A DNA stretch of 64,000 nucleotides, taken from NCBI GenBank assembly GCA_002422025.1, contig DISV01000005.1, forward strand, positions 203,518 through 267,517, given 5' to 3'. Both the position numbers and the translations under genes were made by a program. Source of the stretch: Patescibacteria group bacterium UBA6201 (GTDB lineage Bacteria > Patescibacteriota > Minisyncoccia > Phycocordibacterales > UBA918). A model generated the notes under the pieces. It did no database searches, was not told where the DNA came from, and saw only the letters and a program-made list of their open reading frames with translations. This document shows positions 19,201 to 27,864 of the stretch, one piece after another (within the stretch, counting starts at the first letter, position 1; each line of letters starts with the position of its first letter).

Positions 19201-20814
19201 TTATTTCCAGCTCCGATCCGCGTACTTCGCTACCAGCGCTTCGACTTTTTTTCGGTTTTCCACGTCGGTCTCTGACATACCGGCATTCTGCCCGTAAAGG
19301 GAGAAGCCTAGTATGCTACCCTTCTTCACTACAAGGATGTAGGCGATGAAGAGTGCCCAGAGAGTAAGTACAGCGTAGAAGAGGAAGGTTAGGAATGCTC
19401 CAGCCTCAAAACCAGTATATGGAACTTGAGTAAGAGCGATTACTAGAGCCTGATCGCGCTTTTCGTAGACAGCGATGTCATCAACATCGACATCCACCTT
19501 ACAAGTACGACTTCCGCCATCTACACCTTCAGCTTTCATTCTAAATTCAGTAGATTGGTTGATGACCACATCGATTTCACCGTCCAGGTACTTCTTACGC
19601 TTAGAAGAGCTGTAGTCATCAGTGTCGAAAATGGTGTTGCCACGATCGTCCTTGATTACAATCTCGTCCACGTTAGTGGTTTCCCAAGAAAGTGTTACTT
19701 TCTCACCACGCTTTACACGGTCTTTAGAGATATCGAGCTCACAGCGAGGAGTCTTCTCATCTTCCTCTTCCTCAATTTCCACACGCACAGTACAGGTATC
19801 AGAACCATTTGTACCAGTGACAGTAAGGGTAAAAGTAATATCATCGTCTATTTCCACGGTCTTTGATCCATCAGCTGATACGTTACCAATACCCTGGTCG
19901 ATACTAACAGAGGTTGCGTTTGTGGTGTCCCATGTAAGAGTGACATCATCACCCTCTTCAACTACGTCGTCAGACACACGCAGGTAGTTACAAATTGGCG
20001 CTTCTGCAGCACTTTTAGTGATAGTTACAGTACAAGTATCATTACCACCAGCACCGACCGCAGTGAGCGTAAAGGTGACAGTTGAATTAACAAATACATT
20101 TTTAGACCCATCAGCAGAAACGTTTCCTACTCCGTTATCAATTGATACTGAAGTAGCGTTAGTAGTTGTCCAAGTAAGGACTACGTTGCCACCATTGTAT
20201 GGCACGGTATTTCTATCGGCTGTGAATGAGTCACAGGTTGCAGCGGGTGTTTGAGGTGGAGGACTTACTGTTACAGACGCTGTACAGCTAGCATTACCAC
20301 CAGCACCAACCGCAGTTAGAGTAAAAGTTGTATTACTCGTTACTGAAACGTTACTCGATCCACTGGTACCAACTGAACCAATACTAGTGATACTTACTGA
20401 TGTAGCGTTACTGGTGCTCCACGATAGAGTCACAGTACCACCGCCATAAGGTAAGCTAGTAGGGCTTGCAGTCAGGTAGTTACAGGTCGCAGGTGTTGGA
20501 GGAGGAGTGTATGGAGGAGGAGTGTATACAGGAGTGTTGTTATTTCCCCCACTCTCAGTGGTGCTACCACCATTGTTATTCCCTCCCTCACAACAACCGC
20601 TATCTCCACCATAACTACCATCGCTGTTGTTTCCACCACCAGTACTACCACCACTACCACCTCCGTCAAAGGCAGCGGCCTTATCAGCTGAAGTACTCAA
20701 TGAATCAACTGAGCTACCAATTTGAGGTAGTTGCGGCAGAACCACGAACATCATCAACGACAACGTTACAATAGCTGAAGCTCCGTAGATTGATATTTTA
20801 ATACTATTGGTCAT
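19201..20814 (-). CDS. surface protein with N-terminal signal/anchor, G/S/N-rich linker, PPxYTPPP stretch and 4 tandem Cys-containing Ig-like repeats. The C-terminus has a VPYTG motif followed by a TM segment and a KK tail.
   Basis: Repeats CNYLTASP...TLSWSTSNATSVSI...TFTLTAVGAGGNASCT recur four times. C-terminus is LTQVPYTGFEAG+hydrophobic+KKGS. Confidence 0.7.
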   Translation of the reverse strand: MTNSIKISIYGASAIVTLSLMMFVVLPQLPQIGSSVDSLSTSADKAAAFDGGGSGGSTGGGNNSDGSYGGDSGCCEGGNNNGGSTTESGGNNNTPVYTPPPYTPPPTPATCNYLTASPTSLPYGGGTVTLSWSTSNATSVSITSIGSVGTSGSSNVSVTSNTTFTLTAVGAGGNASCTASVTVSPPPQTPAATCDSFTADRNTVPYNGGNVVLTWTTTNATSVSIDNGVGNVSADGSKNVFVNSTVTFTLTAVGAGGNDTCTVTITKSAAEAPICNYLRVSDDVVEEGDDVTLTWDTTNATSVSIDQGIGNVSADGSKTVEIDDDITFTLTVTGTNGSDTCTVRVEIEEEEDEKTPRCELDISKDRVKRGEKVTLSWETTNVDEIVIKDDRGNTIFDTDDYSSSKRKKYLDGEIDVVINQSTEFRMKAEGVDGGSRTCKVDVDVDDIAVYEKRDQALVIALTQVPYTGFEAGAFLTFLFYAVLTLWALFIAYILVVKKGSILGFSLYGQNAGMSETDVENRKKVEALVAKYADRSWK

Positions 20815-20955
20815 ATTTTTTGAATAAATATTTTATAAAGTTTTGTAACTACCGGATCATCCCGGATATTGAGGTTTAATCATTTAAGCTCCAATATCCA
20901 AGATGATTAGAAATGCTGTGGGGAAGACATAAATGTCTTCCCCACAGGTTCTGAA

Positions 20956-21246
20956 TCATCTGCAACCCCATTCCCTTTTGGATTGTGCGAGCGAGCGTTT
21001 GTCGACCGGGCCGAAGTATGTCGTGCATTGTGCCCAGTCCACAATCGTTTCGAGGCGGTATTCGCAACAGTCAGTCCTGCGCGTGCCCTTCATTTCGCCG
21101 TTCATGTACGAGGCCCTGCAACCGCCCATGTTTCGGTCGCTCTTCGCGCTCCAGGTCGCGCACTGCGACCGGGAAGCCGCTGTAGCGATAGTGGCGTTGC
21201 TGATGCTACCGAGAACGAGTAGGCAGAGTGCGAGTGTTTTGATCAT
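20956..21246 (-). CDS. small secreted Cys-rich protein (96 aa, signal peptide, 6 Cys in mature part)
   Basis: MIKTLALCLLVLGSISNATIATAAS signal. SD aggagaag 6 nt upstream. Confidence 0.55.
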   Translation of the reverse strand: MIKTLALCLLVLGSISNATIATAASRSQCATWSAKSDRNMGGCRASYMNGEMKGTRRTDCCEYRLETIVDWAQCTTYFGPVDKRSLAQSKREWGCR

Positions 21247-21267
21247 AATCTTCTCCTGTCTCCTGTT

Positions 21268-21675
21268 TCAGTACATCGTGTAGGTTTTTCCGGACACCGT
21301 AACTGGGGGTGTCCAGATGACGCGATTCACGCACGAGGCGAAAACCGCCACCTGTTCGCCAGGCCGCCTCGACATCGTTATGCAGCGCTTGGTGACGGTT
21401 GGAAGAGGGGTGCTCTTCCAGGTTCCTTTGACGATGACCGGCTCCCACCAGCGCGTGCGCTGGCCTTTGTAGTAGCCGACGTCGAGCTGGTCCCAGTAGC
21501 CGTGACATACGGTTACCTTAATTTTGTTGGGAGTATGGTCGGTACCCTTGTAGGTTCGACCGTCGGTCGAGCGATTGCACTCGATGTCATTTGTGCGACA
21601 GGCATATGCCTTGCTGCAACCTACTGACATATAGAGTGCCATCACTGCGATGATAGCAAGAAGAATAGAACGCAT
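21268..21675 (-). CDS. small secreted/lipo- Cys-rich protein (135 aa)
   Basis: MRSILLAIIAVMALYMSVGC signal with a possible lipobox. Perfect SD aggagg 4 nt upstream. 6 Cys. Confidence 0.55.
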   Translation of the reverse strand: MRSILLAIIAVMALYMSVGCSKAYACRTNDIECNRSTDGRTYKGTDHTPNKIKVTVCHGYWDQLDVGYYKGQRTRWWEPVIVKGTWKSTPLPTVTKRCITMSRRPGEQVAVFASCVNRVIWTPPVTVSGKTYTMY

Positions 21676-21801
21676 GGCGTCCTCCTAAGGTTGTTGGGTT
21701 GACTGATTTTTCGAAGAACGAAAAGAGCAGAGAGGGGTCTTGGTTAATATAACTCCTAACCCCAGATTCTCTACAGAATAGCATATTAGAAGTGAAATGT
21801 C

Positions 21802-21828
21802 AAGGCCGCTCCCTTTGGGAGCGGCCTT
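21802..21828. terminator. hairpin aaggccgctccctttgggagcggcctt
   Basis: 12-bp stem between the sortase stop and the Cys-rich gene promoter region. Confidence 0.6.
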
Positions 21829-21857
21829 TAATTAAGGAAAGTTTTAAAAGACTAGAT

Positions 21858-22529
21858 TTAAAGCGCTTTTTTTGAAACTAGGACCGCCTCTACGATAAAA
21901 CGGTCTTCCTTAGCGCCGAAAGTGTTACAAGTAGCCAAGGTTAAGCGCGCCCCGTTACTAGTGGTAGGGATTGATACACTGCTGGCCTTAGCTTGGTATA
22001 CCTTGTCTACACGGTAAGTATATTCAGTATCTCCTGACTTCAAAGTGATGGTATCTCCCCAGGTCATATTTTGAATACCATTAAAAGCCTGAAAGTTTTT
22101 GTTAAATACATTGTTTAGGTAGCTCGAATGACCAAGAATGAGCATATTGCCATTTTCGTCATTGAGGTCAGCTGAATCAGGGTGACGTACGACTCCCTTG
22201 AGCAAGGCAGCATCCAAATCAGGGATAGACCGTGATGTAGGGTTTAGGACGCTTACAGTGCGATTTAGACTGCCTAGAGTGATAGTTATTGGTCGCGGGT
22301 CACGAATATCCTCTAGTGCAGATGGAACCTCCTCAGTTTTCTCAGCAAAAGTAGATTCTTGATCTTCTACCGTTGTCTCTTCGTCAGTAGCAACCTCCTC
22401 AGATGGAGCCTCTGGCACGAAATCGATAAAATACAAAAAGCCGTAGCCAATCATCATTACAATAAAGAACACGCCCAGAAAAGCGCTGGCGCTAGGTAAG
22501 ATTTGGTTGAAAAAGTAAGAGAAATTCAT
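21858..22529 (-). CDS. sortase family transpeptidase
   Basis: N-terminal TM, the conserved His in LILGHS, the catalytic TLxTC as LTLATCNTFGAKEDRFIVEA. ATG at 22529 (the track start at 22532 is a TTG). Confidence 0.8.
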   Translation of the reverse strand: MNFSYFFNQILPSASAFLGVFFIVMMIGYGFLYFIDFVPEAPSEEVATDEETTVEDQESTFAEKTEEVPSALEDIRDPRPITITLGSLNRTVSVLNPTSRSIPDLDAALLKGVVRHPDSADLNDENGNMLILGHSSYLNNVFNKNFQAFNGIQNMTWGDTITLKSGDTEYTYRVDKVYQAKASSVSIPTTSNGARLTLATCNTFGAKEDRFIVEAVLVSKKAL

Positions 22530-22554
22530 CAAAATTGACTAATATTTGTCCGAA

Positions 22555-22583
22555 TATAATACACTAAAACACAATTTTGTCAA
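22555..22583 (-). promoter_or_regulatory. sigma70-like promoter TTGACA-N16-TATTAT for the sortase gene
   Basis: The minus strand reads TTGACAaaattgtgttttagtgTATTAT ~25 nt upstream of ATG. Confidence 0.45.
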
Positions 22584-22621
22584 CTTGATTCACAGTCAAT
22601 ATAACAATCGAACCATTGAGT

Positions 22622-22955
22622 GGGGGTTGACCCCCACACCAGTTTTGTTATTGAAGACTTGCTTTTATCCTACGCTTAAGCTGAGCTAGGGCGTTACCGT
22701 CCTTTTTTAAGGACCACTCCCTGTGTCTTGCGTCATTTTCTAGCAAAAAAGCTTCGTAGTACCGTAGAGTAAAGGGTTCCCTCCCTTTCGTAGCAGGACT
22801 CTGACCTTGATTATGTTCAGCAAGTCTTCGTCTCAAGTCAGTAGTTGAACCTAGGTATAGTTGATTATCCCTTTGACTTTTAAGGATATATACATAAAAC
22901 ATCATTATATTATGATCTGATTCGTGACTATAACAAAACTGGTGTGGGGGTTGAC
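22622..22955. mobile_element. GIY-YIG gene cassette bracketed by 26-bp inverted repeats (IR-L 22626-22651 GTTGACCCCCACACCAGTTTTGTTAT; IR-R 22930-22955 ATAACAAAACTGGTGTGGGGGTTGAC)
   Basis: The IRs match 25/26. IR-L overlaps the stop codon. IR-R supplies an outward TTGACA -35 for the 23010 gene and an inward TTGTTA -35 for the GIY-YIG gene. Confidence 0.55.
22648..22905 (-). CDS. GIY-YIG nuclease domain protein (UPF0213/YhbQ-like, 85 aa)
   Basis: FYVYILKSQRDNQLYLGSTTDLRRRLAEHNQG is a GIY-YIG motif. Confidence 0.8.
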   Translation of the reverse strand: MMFYVYILKSQRDNQLYLGSTTDLRRRLAEHNQGQSPATKGREPFTLRYYEAFLLENDARHREWSLKKDGNALAQLKRRIKASLQ

Positions 22956-23009
22956 AAATTGATAAAAATAGGTATCATTGTGACAACTTCAGCAGATTAA
23001 CTTAACACT

Positions 23010-23759
23010 ATGAGCGATACCAATAATACAGAAAGGAACGAACAGATGGTAAGGATTATGGCCGTCGTTGGCTTTGTTGTGTTGATTTGTCTCTTGGCAT
23101 GGCTTGCTGTACAGGTTGTGCGCTTCGTACCAGTAGCCTTCTCTTCCCTGGCGGACATATTTGAACAGAATCAGCGTGATTACGCAGAGAATGTTAATGA
23201 GAATGGTGGCGAGGACACCATTGTTGTAGAAAATACTGAAACTAACCAAGACTCAGAAGTTGAGGATGAAGTGGTAGTTGAGGGAGACAACACAGTAGCC
23301 ACTTCTAGTACTCCAGTTGTTGTTGCCACAACTACTCCGGTAGCAACAACTCCTACACCGATTCAATATAAAACTGTGACCACATATAAGAAGCCGGTTT
23401 CAGACCCTAACGGTAAAACTGACCTCGCTATGACTTTCACTGGTGTTGGTAGTCTAAATTCTAATCAGCACTTTGTGCCAGGTAGCCTGCCAGACAGGGG
23501 TCAGGGTGCATTGCAGTTTGTGGTTAAGAACGTAGGTACTAAGACATCTATTGACTGGAGCTTCAAGCTCGATTTGCCAAATGGTGCCACAATGACTTCA
23601 AGTGTTCAGAAGCCACTCTTGCCAAGCGAGAGTTCAACACTGACTGTCACCTTTGAGATGAATAATGACGATTGGCATGATATCAATGGAACAGTAGTTG
23701 GGGGCGGAGACATAAATCTTGCCAACAATAGCTTTGTTGCAAAGGTTGCCAAACGATAA
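23010..23759 (+). CDS. membrane-anchored hypothetical surface protein (N-terminal TM, acidic and Thr-rich linker, beta-rich C-terminal domain)
   Basis: Hydrophobic segment IMAVVGFVVLICLLAWLAV. Promoter TTGACA-N16-TATCAT at 22951-22978. Confidence 0.55.
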   Translation: MSDTNNTERNEQMVRIMAVVGFVVLICLLAWLAVQVVRFVPVAFSSLADIFEQNQRDYAENVNENGGEDTIVVENTETNQDSEVEDEVVVEGDNTVATSSTPVVVATTTPVATTPTPIQYKTVTTYKKPVSDPNGKTDLAMTFTGVGSLNSNQHFVPGSLPDRGQGALQFVVKNVGTKTSIDWSFKLDLPNGATMTSSVQKPLLPSESSTLTVTFEMNNDDWHDINGTVVGGGDINLANNSFVAKVAKR

Positions 23760-23778
23760 ATAAAAATAAAAGTTAAAC

Positions 23779-23812
23779 AAAAGGCGGCGGGGCAAGACCC
23801 CGCCGCCTTTTG
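23779..23812. terminator. bidirectional terminator aaaaggcggcggggcaagaccccgccgcctttt
   Basis: GC stem between the convergent 23010 gene and gyrB. Confidence 0.75.
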
Positions 23813-23834
23813 TTTGTTGCGTCCCACTCTAAGT

Positions 23835-25892
23835 CTAAATATCCAAGTTGGCGGTGCGGGCGTTTGACTGAATGAATGATTTACGATTGGCCACATCGGT
23901 ACCCATCAACACGTCAAATACACGGTCTGCCTCCTCAGCATCGTCAATGGTGACCTGCTTTAAGACACGATTCTCAGGGTTCATGGTAGTCTCCCAGAGT
24001 TCCTCGGCATTCATCTCTCCAAGTCCCTTATAGCGTTGGATGCGGGCTTTTGAGCTTTTCTTTGCTGCTACCTCTGGCTCCACCTCCTCGCCTTCTTCTA
24101 CTAGCCCTTCAGGCGCATCTAGCTCAATTTCTTCGTCTTCCACACCTACGATGGCAAACTTCTCAGCATCGGTATAAGCATAACTAACTTCCTTCCCTTT
24201 CTGAATTTTGTATAGTGGCGGTTGAGCAATATAGATAAAGCCACCATCAATAAGTGGACGGAAGTGCCGGAAGAAGAGAGTAAGCAGCAATGTGCGGATG
24301 TGTGCGCCGTCCACGTCGGCATCTGTAGCGATAATAAGTTTGTGATAGCGTAATCTTTCAATATCGAATACGTCACCGATGGCAGTACCGAGCGCTACAA
24401 CAAGGTTTTTAATTTGCTCGCTCGCAAGCATCTTATCAAGACGAGCTCGTTCAACGTTGAGGATTTTACCTCGGAGGGGCAACACCGCCTGAGTTTTACG
24501 ATCGCGCCCCATCTTTGCGGAACCACCTGCAGAGTCTCCCTCCACAACGAAGAGTTCAGAATCCTCTGCGCGCTTGGACTGACAGTCAGCTAACTTTCCT
24601 GGTAGCGACATCCCTTCAAGTGCACCTTTACGAAGTACGCTGTCCTTTGCAGCTTTGGCAGCCTTACGGGCTTTAACCGCAATAATCACCTTGTTCATTA
24701 TTGCTTTAGCGTCATCAGGATTCTCTTCCAAAAACATATTGAAGGACTCACTGAAAACCGACTCCACTGCACCTCGTGCCTCTACTGAGCCGAGCTTAGC
24801 CTTGGTCTGACCTTCGAACTGTATTTCTGGCATCTTCACAGAAACCACAACAGTGATTCCTTCAAGAACATCATCTCCAGTAAAGGCCTCATCCTTTTCT
24901 TTTAGATAATTATTCTTCTTAGCGTAGTTGTTAAGAGTACGAGTGAGAGATGTCTTAAAGCCGGTAATGTGAGTACCGTGCTCGGGATTATAGATGTTGT
25001 TAGCGAAGGCAGAAATGCGCGGGGTGATGTCGTCTACATACTGAAGGGCAATTTCCACAGAGAAGACGCTCGGTACTGGTTCGAGCTTTTCTACATAAAA
25101 AATGTTCTTGTGAACTGCTTTTTGGTGTTGGTTGTTGAATGCAACCAAGGAGCGCAATCCTTCCTCAAAGTAGAAGCTCATTGAAGTAGCTTCGATGCCG
25201 AGGTCCCCAAGGTATAACTGGCCCTTGAGCTCAAGAGCGTCCATTGCTTCTTCTGATAACTCACGCGCGTCAATCACGCTGATGCGTAGAGCCTTTACTA
25301 AGTATGCTTGTTGGCGCAGGTGGCTAACGATACGTTTGTAGTCGTAGTTGATCTCTTTAAAAATTGAAACATCAGCCTTGAAAGTAATGACAGTCCCATG
25401 TTCATCTGACTTACCAACTTTCTTCACTGCATATTTAGGCTTTCCGATCTGGTATTCCTGCATGTAATACCCACCATCACGGTGAATTTCTGCAATCATG
25501 TGCTCAGACAACGCGTTTACCACCGAGCTACCTACTCCGTGCAATCCACCAGATACTTTATATCCACTCTCTTCTCCTCCGAACTTACCTCCTGCGTGTA
25601 GAGTGCAGAGAATAGTCTCAAGAGCAGATACACCGCTTTGTTTATGTTTATCTACCGGGATACCTCGGCCATTGTCTGATACTCGGATGTAGTTGTCAGG
25701 TAAAAGTGTTACTTCAATACGGTTGGCGTGGCCACCCATAGCTTCGTCGCGGGAGTTATCAAAAATCTCCCAAATAAGGTGGTGAAGACCATCTGGGCCG
25801 GTGGTACCAATGTACATTCCGGGACGTTTTCTAACTGGCTCTAAGCCCTCTAAAACACTGATTGCTGACGCGTCGTAACTACCTTTAGCCAT
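23835..25892 (-). CDS. gyrB: DNA gyrase subunit B (type IIA topoisomerase ATPase subunit)
   Basis: LEGLEPVRKRPGMYIGTTGPDGLHHLIWEIFDNSRDEAMGG, TOPRIM EGDSAGGSAK, C-terminal tail. Confidence 0.85.
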   Translation of the reverse strand: MAKGSYDASAISVLEGLEPVRKRPGMYIGTTGPDGLHHLIWEIFDNSRDEAMGGHANRIEVTLLPDNYIRVSDNGRGIPVDKHKQSGVSALETILCTLHAGGKFGGEESGYKVSGGLHGVGSSVVNALSEHMIAEIHRDGGYYMQEYQIGKPKYAVKKVGKSDEHGTVITFKADVSIFKEINYDYKRIVSHLRQQAYLVKALRISVIDARELSEEAMDALELKGQLYLGDLGIEATSMSFYFEEGLRSLVAFNNQHQKAVHKNIFYVEKLEPVPSVFSVEIALQYVDDITPRISAFANNIYNPEHGTHITGFKTSLTRTLNNYAKKNNYLKEKDEAFTGDDVLEGITVVVSVKMPEIQFEGQTKAKLGSVEARGAVESVFSESFNMFLEENPDDAKAIMNKVIIAVKARKAAKAAKDSVLRKGALEGMSLPGKLADCQSKRAEDSELFVVEGDSAGGSAKMGRDRKTQAVLPLRGKILNVERARLDKMLASEQIKNLVVALGTAIGDVFDIERLRYHKLIIATDADVDGAHIRTLLLTLFFRHFRPLIDGGFIYIAQPPLYKIQKGKEVSYAYTDAEKFAIVGVEDEEIELDAPEGLVEEGEEVEPEVAAKKSSKARIQRYKGLGEMNAEELWETTMNPENRVLKQVTIDDAEEADRVFDVLMGTDVANRKSFIQSNARTANLDI

Positions 25893-25973
25893 AGAATAAG
25901 AAACAATATTAAGTCCTTGTATTATAGCATATTATGACAGAAACTACTCACCAAAAAGCCTACAATTTCTTTA

Positions 25974-27863
25974 TTATCGCACCTCGAATCCTTGTTCACG
26001 AGCGGCCTGATAGACTTCGTCCATAACGGCATTAATCTCGTTATCAGTCAGTGTTTTTTCACTAGATTGGAAAACTAATCGGAATGCATATGAAACCTTA
26101 CCGTCTTTCTTAAATTCATCAAACAATGTGGTACGGACCCGGAGGGGGCCAGTCTTTTGGCTCAGTAGTTCTTCAATATCCTTGATAGCAACACCCTCAT
26201 CTACCCACATTGCAATATCGCGAGTAATAGATGGATAGGAAGAGAAAGGTTTGTAGGTCAGTGCTGGTTTTGACACATTTTTTTTGTATTCAGTGACCAG
26301 AGGAAGTACCTTTAGTATTTCACCAAGATTAATTTCTGCTGTACCGTCTGTAGCGGTTGGAGATACTTCAATACCTAACGCATCAGATAAGCCCTTCAAG
26401 GCATCAATAATAATAGGGTCATCTGTCTTTGGCTTGTATCCAGAAGGGCTTTGTACTCCGAGTGTAAGAAGTAGTTCTTCTCCCGATTCATTAAAAACTG
26501 TACCGATTTCAAATATTCTAATTTGTCGAACACCAAGCAGATCAGCGTTTGGTGCATTCTTAATCAAAGCTTCCTTGATGTTTGTTTTTAAATCTCCACG
26601 TAGGTACCCTTTATCTGAGGCAAAAGCATTAGTCAGCTTAACCTTATCTTTGTTGCGGAAGGAGCTAGTATAAATTTCTGAAAAACCCTTTTCTATCAGT
26701 ACTTCTCTAATTATTTCACTGTAGCAAAAGCGTTGATTTATCTCTGTTTGTTTGATTGGCTCTGGAATTACTGCACTTACGTGTTGATAGCCATAGATAC
26801 GGCCAATTTCTTCGATAATGTCCTCAGCAATATTTAGGTCAGTGCGCTCAAATGGAGGAGTAATCTCAAAGTCCTCTCCATCAACTGTAAACTTCCAACC
26901 GAATCTATCAATTACAGCAGTTACGTCACTAATTGTTAGTGATAGTCCAAGGACGCTGTTGATTTTTGCTAAAGAGACAGAGACTGACCTTATCTCTCTT
27001 GTTGGCTCTTTTACCTCGCTGTAGCCCACTAATTTCCCTCCAGCCACGTCCATTACCAGTTCTACTACTGCCTTAAGTCCGTAAGGTACCATCTCTGGCA
27101 CAACGCCATTTTCGTAACGAGATGAAGCGTCGGAGCGAAGTTTAAGACGAGCGGCTGATTTGCGTGTACTAACTGGGTCCCAATTAGCTGCCTCTATAAA
27201 AATATCTGTAGTTGAATCATTTATTCCTGATTCCATTCCGCCTTTTATGCCGGCAATACTTAAAGGTCGCTTATCTGCCAAGGCGGCGATTATCGTATCT
27301 TCTTCACTGAAGGTGTATTCACTTTCATCTAGGGCTTTTAACTTTTCCCCGTCTCTTGCCTGGCGAACCAACACACCTTCGCCGATTACATTTGCGTCAA
27401 AAGCATGAGAGGGTTGTCCAAGATCAAACATCACGTAGTTACTAGCATCGACGATGTTGTTAATGCTACGCTGTCCGATTGCTTCTAGAGCGCTTTTCAA
27501 CCATTCGGGTGACGGACCAACTTTCACTCCCTGAATCAAGGCCCCAGCAAAGTAATTGCAGGATTTTGATTCGACTTCGATATGTACTTGGTTGCTTAGT
27601 GGAAGAAGATCAGGTTTTGAAAGTAACTGGTCTGTCTTAAATGGTAATTTAAGAATTACTGACAAATCTTTGGCGATACCTCTGTGTGATAATCCCCACA
27701 TGGCTTTGTCAGGTAAAACCTTAACATCTAAAACAGTATCACCACCGACTTCTTCAACACTGTCGATTTCCCACGCGTGAAAGGTTAAGGCTTCACCCAC
27801 TACATCAGGCTTGGGTAACTTGCCGTCAAAATATTTGTTTAGCCAGTTATAGGATACAAGCAT
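25974..27863 (-). CDS. pheT: phenylalanyl-tRNA synthetase beta subunit (short form)
   Basis: MLVSYNWLNKYF start, B3/B4 and B5 regions. 629 aa, lacking the long N-terminal domains. Directly follows pheS. Confidence 0.8.
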   Translation of the reverse strand: MLVSYNWLNKYFDGKLPKPDVVGEALTFHAWEIDSVEEVGGDTVLDVKVLPDKAMWGLSHRGIAKDLSVILKLPFKTDQLLSKPDLLPLSNQVHIEVESKSCNYFAGALIQGVKVGPSPEWLKSALEAIGQRSINNIVDASNYVMFDLGQPSHAFDANVIGEGVLVRQARDGEKLKALDESEYTFSEEDTIIAALADKRPLSIAGIKGGMESGINDSTTDIFIEAANWDPVSTRKSAARLKLRSDASSRYENGVVPEMVPYGLKAVVELVMDVAGGKLVGYSEVKEPTREIRSVSVSLAKINSVLGLSLTISDVTAVIDRFGWKFTVDGEDFEITPPFERTDLNIAEDIIEEIGRIYGYQHVSAVIPEPIKQTEINQRFCYSEIIREVLIEKGFSEIYTSSFRNKDKVKLTNAFASDKGYLRGDLKTNIKEALIKNAPNADLLGVRQIRIFEIGTVFNESGEELLLTLGVQSPSGYKPKTDDPIIIDALKGLSDALGIEVSPTATDGTAEINLGEILKVLPLVTEYKKNVSKPALTYKPFSSYPSITRDIAMWVDEGVAIKDIEELLSQKTGPLRVRTTLFDEFKKDGKVSYAFRLVFQSSEKTLTDNEINAVMDEVYQAAREQGFEVR

Positions 27864-27864
27864 T

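Larger units (their letters stand above)
20930..21700. other. compositionally distinct high-GC (~58-60%) insert carrying two small secreted Cys-rich protein genes
   Basis: A visible GC jump relative to the ~40% background. It produces many overlapping spurious ORFs on both strands. Confidence 0.65.

Noticed and set aside
20876-21508. Overlapping ORFs on both strands inside the high-GC insert (20876-21067, 20933-21283, 20983-21222, 20985-21185, 21206-21508)
   Set aside because: High GC suppresses stop codons in all frames. Only the two minus-strand ORFs have an SD plus a signal peptide, and the rest have neither.
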